From Zancudomyces culisetae HAW-14-8 (lineage: Eukaryota; Fungi; Kickxellomycota), in NCBI GenBank assembly GCA_052426225.1, contig JBNJNM010000010.1, positions 186,001 through 250,000 on the forward strand: 64,000 bases of DNA. Direction: 5' to 3'. The position numbers and the translations under genes were made by a program. A model generated the notes under the pieces. It made no database searches and was not told the DNA's origin. It saw only the letters and a list, made by a program, of their open reading frames with translations. Below are positions 60,042-64,000 of this stretch, in pieces (positions within the stretch are counted from its first letter, which is position 1; the number at the start of each line of letters is the position of its first letter).

Positions 60042-60892
60042 ATGAGAGAATATAAAGTAGTGGTTTTAGGAAACAAAGGTATGTATTGTAAATAATGATA
60101 GTAGATGCTTTTTACTGGTTGGCACGCTTAATACATCATACCTGGGTTATTGTAGGTGTTGGAAAGTCAAGTCTGGTTTGTAGCTTTGGGTTTGATGCGT
60201 TTGTTCACAAGACAAAATCAAAGAATGAAACAGGTATAAATAGCAAGGCTAGAAAGAAGCTTTTTTCAATCTATAGATAAAATAACACAAGGAAAAAGTT
60301 AATATATTAGATGAGGATGTGACATGCTACTCCATGGTGAACAAGGATGTTGTAGTTGAGGTAGCAGATTCTATCGAGGTTTCCAAAGAAGCGTAAAATA
60401 CTGTTACACATATATAACCACATTACAAATTTGACCATTAAAGACCTAGTAAGTGTTTTTTTTGTACTTAATTAGAGGTGAAAGAGGCTTCAGTAGCATT
60501 GGTAATGCCGGAGGTATTATAATCGTATATAATGTGACGTGCGTAAAATCGCTTTGCTATGCAGAAAAATCCTTAAAAGCTATAAAAAGTTACGTCCCGC
60601 AAGTAAGAGCACCAGTTCTCTTGGTAGGAAACAAAGTAGACCTAGCTGAGAATAGAGTTGTTAGCTTTTATGGTAAGTAAAAATAAAGCTGACACTTTTA
60701 ATGACATAGATCACTCTTGAATCTAGAACTCAATTCAATTCAATTCAATTATATGTCTCTTTAGAGGGAAGAAGGCTCGCGTCGAAATATAAAATACCAT
60801 TTTATGAGTGTAGTGCATTAACTGGGTTCAATGTTTATCAGATGTTTTTTTGTTTAGTTGAGTTTCTAAACAAGAGTAATGAAAAAAAATAA
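60042..60892 (+). CDS. Divergent Ras/Rap-like small GTPase; join(60042..60078,60156..60233,60311..60392,60476..60672,60765..60892)
   Basis: MREYKVVVLGNKGVGKSSL (G1), PVLLVGNKVDL (G4), FYECSALTGFNV (G5); four phase-consistent GT-TAG introns; G2 and G3 are degenerate. Confidence 0.8.
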
Positions 60893-61467
60893 TATCTAGT
60901 ACCCTGTTTATGAAGAAAAAGATAATACTGAATGGGGATTGTAACATCGGATTGTAAAAGCTGCTGCAGGGTTTCAAATAAAAAAAACACGCTTAAAGTG
61001 AATACTACTACAAATAAAATATGTATAGCGTTTATCATTGAGTAATTTAGGCATACCCTTTACCTTTTCACCCATTGACCCACTCACGTTTTCGTTATTT
61101 GATTTATCTTTTTTTAAACAAAATGGGTCAACCGGTTTGATGATAATCATATTACTCGTTATAACAAAACGAACCCATGAATATCATTTTTGCACTTGTT
61201 TATATGTGTATAGATACCATTCAGGCATTTTCTGCACAAAATCTCATCAACGCTGAAAAAAAAAGTACTGTGTTGCTGAAGAAAGATGGACACAATTTTG
61301 CACATAGAATGGGTGATCCAGAATTCATATATACAAAAAATTACGCTTTTTATAGGTGGTATCAAAGTAAGCGTAAAAAAAAACAGCACAAATAAGAACA
61401 ATGATGGTAATAGTGATAATAATTAGACAGTTAATCCAAAATAGGAAAAATATAAAGGGAATATGTA

Positions 61468-62330
61468 TCAATTCTTCTTATTCTCCGCCTCGTAGGCAGC
61501 TAGCCGGGATGCTTGTGCTTTGCGCTGGGCATCCTGCCACCGATGGACATTGGCAATATTATGAATTTTAAAGCCAAATATTTTTGGGACATATCTTTGG
61601 GCTTCCGTAAGAGGTGGCGGTTTTAGGGAAGGATAGGCCTGTAGTAACATATGAGGAAAACTTGTTCCAAAATACGCACCGTCGATTGAACAGTGGCGGG
61701 ATGATTTGGGGTGATAAATATCTTCACAGCGACAACAGTAGAGCTTCACTGATACCTCATTTGGAACATCGGTTATCCCTACAGGAAGTAGGTTTTGCTG
61801 ATTACAGTACACTCGCGGACATCGCCCAAAATCGCCCCTTTTGTACTTTTCAACCTACAAAAAAAAGAATACAGAGTATTAGTTTTCCGGACAATAAAAA
61901 AACTAAACTAAACACCTACCATTTTGATTAAACCGCGAGTAGTGATGATAAATCGTGCGTGAATCAATCCATAGAGGTGTTTTGCAGATCTGTCGAGGAT
62001 TTTGCTTTGTTCGTCATCAAAGGAATCTTCATCTATAATATTTTACCAAAAAAACATCAGTTAAAGTATGTAAAGGTTTAAAGAGAATGAGAAAATCTGA
62101 ACTACGTAAATTCCTATTAAGGAGAAAATGTTTAGAAAATTGTACGTACCAAGCTGATCGGTGATTAGATCAAAGGCTTGCTGATAATGTGCGACTTCTG
62201 CATGCAATCCAGTGAGATTGAACCTATCTAAAATATACTCATCGTCGATTTCGCAGAAGAACTCATTTCCTTTTGTGTTGAGGAACCATTCCACCCAATA
62301 CTTATAACCCTCTGAATCAGTTTCACTCAT
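61468..62330 (-). CDS. CKB1: Casein kinase II regulatory subunit beta; join(complement 62150..62330, 61920..62032, 61468..61854)
   Basis: WVEWFLNTKGNEFFCEIDDEYILDRFNLTGL, LYGLIHARFI, GDFGRCPRVYC, VKLYCCRCEDIY, IDGAYFGTSFPHM, YVPKIFGFK. Confidence 0.95.
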
Positions 62331-64000
62331 CGAGATACCTATGATTTTGATGTTAGCGCGTTTCTAATTTTTGTTGAAAAGTGGATTTGAAAAAAAAAAA
62401 CACCGCGTGAGGGGGGATAGTTCACCTCGCTTTACAGTTAAAGCTGATAAATCAAACTTGAATATATAGTGAGTCTACTAACACCTTCTAAAAGTTGGTT
62501 GTACGTGTTATTCACTAGCAAGCCCTTCGATTTCGAACAGTGGAAAACAGTTTTATCTTTTTTTTTCCAACCATGAACCACCCTATTGGGTTTGGCAAAA
62601 AAAAAATTTTCCTACTTTTTTCACCATTTGTTATTTAAATCACTGTTTTCTTTGCAGTTATATCTAATGGCGGGTAGGATGCTTTTAATGAATAGTATTG
62701 GCCAAATAAAATAATTTAATATAAAGACATTAATCATTTCTGGGGTCCTTGTGGATGACTCACGGGGTTTTAGCACAGTCTATTTCACATAAAAAAAGAG
62801 ATAAAAAAGAAAAAGAAAAAGTGGAAGGCCATTTGTTATAGAAACAGATTATCTTCAAGATAGTAAGCACATCAGATTGTTATATCAAGGTAGTATTCCA
62901 CAGTTGTTTAATGGTTTAGATCTTTGAGATGATTGGAATACCTTTGATAATACAGCAATGTAGTGACTGGAATATGTGGGTTTTCAACTCATGGTAATTA
63001 CCCACTTTCCCGAACATCTCCTGCCAATACTCGTTCTTATTTTTCTGCTAATTATATCGCACCATAAGAAGCAAAAGGTAGTTCTGAGTTTAAGTACACA
63101 GTGAAAACACGCCTATAACTATATTTCCACCGCGTATCAGGGTACTTTTAATCTTTAAAGAAAATTCATACCTCAGATACATAACAAATAGCATGCGTGT
63201 ATGGGCAACGATTTCATCGTATGAGTTTGAGAGCCCTCTATAGTAGTTTTGGGTACAAAATAGTCTCCTAATAGTACTCACCTTCAGGAAAGGATACTTT
63301 GATGGGACGAAATAAATATATATGGCTCTTATTCAACACGCAAACTACAGGAACAAGAGAATTATTGATTTTTCATCAAACTCTGAACATTACTCTCAGC
63401 TAATAGCTTTGCAGCAACATGTATGATATTGGCATCCCGTTTTTTTTCGCCGTCCGGGTCCATATACCAACAAGTATATCTTGAGAATTTTTAAAATATA
63501 ATACTATAATGAACGGAGTGCAAGTACTTTATAAACAACGATGTAGCATGCATTCTTTTAGCTAAACAATACCCCTCTCACCCAAAAAAAATGTGCTTTT
63601 TTTTATTATTACAAAGAAATCACGATTGTAAATCATTTGGAGATACAGGGGCTTTTAGTATTATACAAAGGGGTGTGGTACGAACAAAGGCTCATTATCA
63701 TCTTGGGTATATTTTTTTTACATACATATTTTAAAGATGTGAGCTATTACACTCCTTTTTATCGGAAAGTCTGAAGGTTAGTATACTTGATCAACATCAG
63801 GTAATGGCTGCTTTGTCAATATGATATTAGAATGGTGGGTTTTCAGGCAATAAGTAATGCGGTTACCAACAGAAAAACTTTCTAGAATTAGCTGGCTATA
63901 TAGGATATGCTTCACCAGGTCATACCTTGGTGCCACTTGAATACGAATTGACCAAAGGGAATTTTTAAAACAAAACGCTTTCAGCGTAAAACAAAAATTC

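Noticed and set aside
63870-63968. FLELAGYIGYASPGHTLVPLEYELTKG, faintly like Ty3/Gypsy RT FLGLAGYYRRFIP
   Set aside because: Short, bounded by stops, with no YxDD, LTR or other retroelement motifs visible; a tBLASTn/HMM search of the adjacent window would be needed.
1-64000. Selenoprotein (in-frame TGA plus SECIS) or alternative genetic code
   Set aside because: Some early-diverging fungi use Sec, but every gene model here closes with the standard code and no in-frame TGA at a redox motif was found.
1-64000. CRISPR arrays, rRNA, snRNA, intact transposons or prokaryotic operons
   Set aside because: No repeat-spacer arrays, conserved RNA signatures, TIRs/LTRs or transposase/RT ORFs seen; the sequence is intron-containing fungal DNA.

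Overview
AT-rich eukaryotic (fungal) genomic DNA with spliceosomal GT-AG introns. Gene content and style (ENA-type P2D ATPase, Chs4/Skt5, fungal-type MscS, a Spindly-motif protein, an EED-like WD40) suggest an early-diverging fungus, for example Kickxellomycotina/Harpellales; this is inference only. I can support about 20 protein-coding genes. Several are only visible after manual splicing (MCM10, SRP40 C-terminus, TOF1, EED-like WD40, Tim17-like protein, 8-exon MscS with a 24-nt microexon, an atypical Ras/Rap-like GTPase, CK2 beta). No rRNA, tRNA, CRISPR array or intact mobile element was found. The most noteworthy items are: (1) a probable fungal Spindly-like dynein adaptor; (2) a Rap-like small GTPase with degenerate switch motifs and no CAAX; (3) an EED/ESC- or LRWD1-like WD40 protein; (4) a stand-alone secreted I9 inhibitor; (5) a minimal MCM10 in a local group of replication/repair genes; (6) TAG acceptors in all 30 introns I modelled, often after A-rich tracts. 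I do not see a clearly defined multi-gene novel system. Family calls come from motif recognition from memory, not from database searches.
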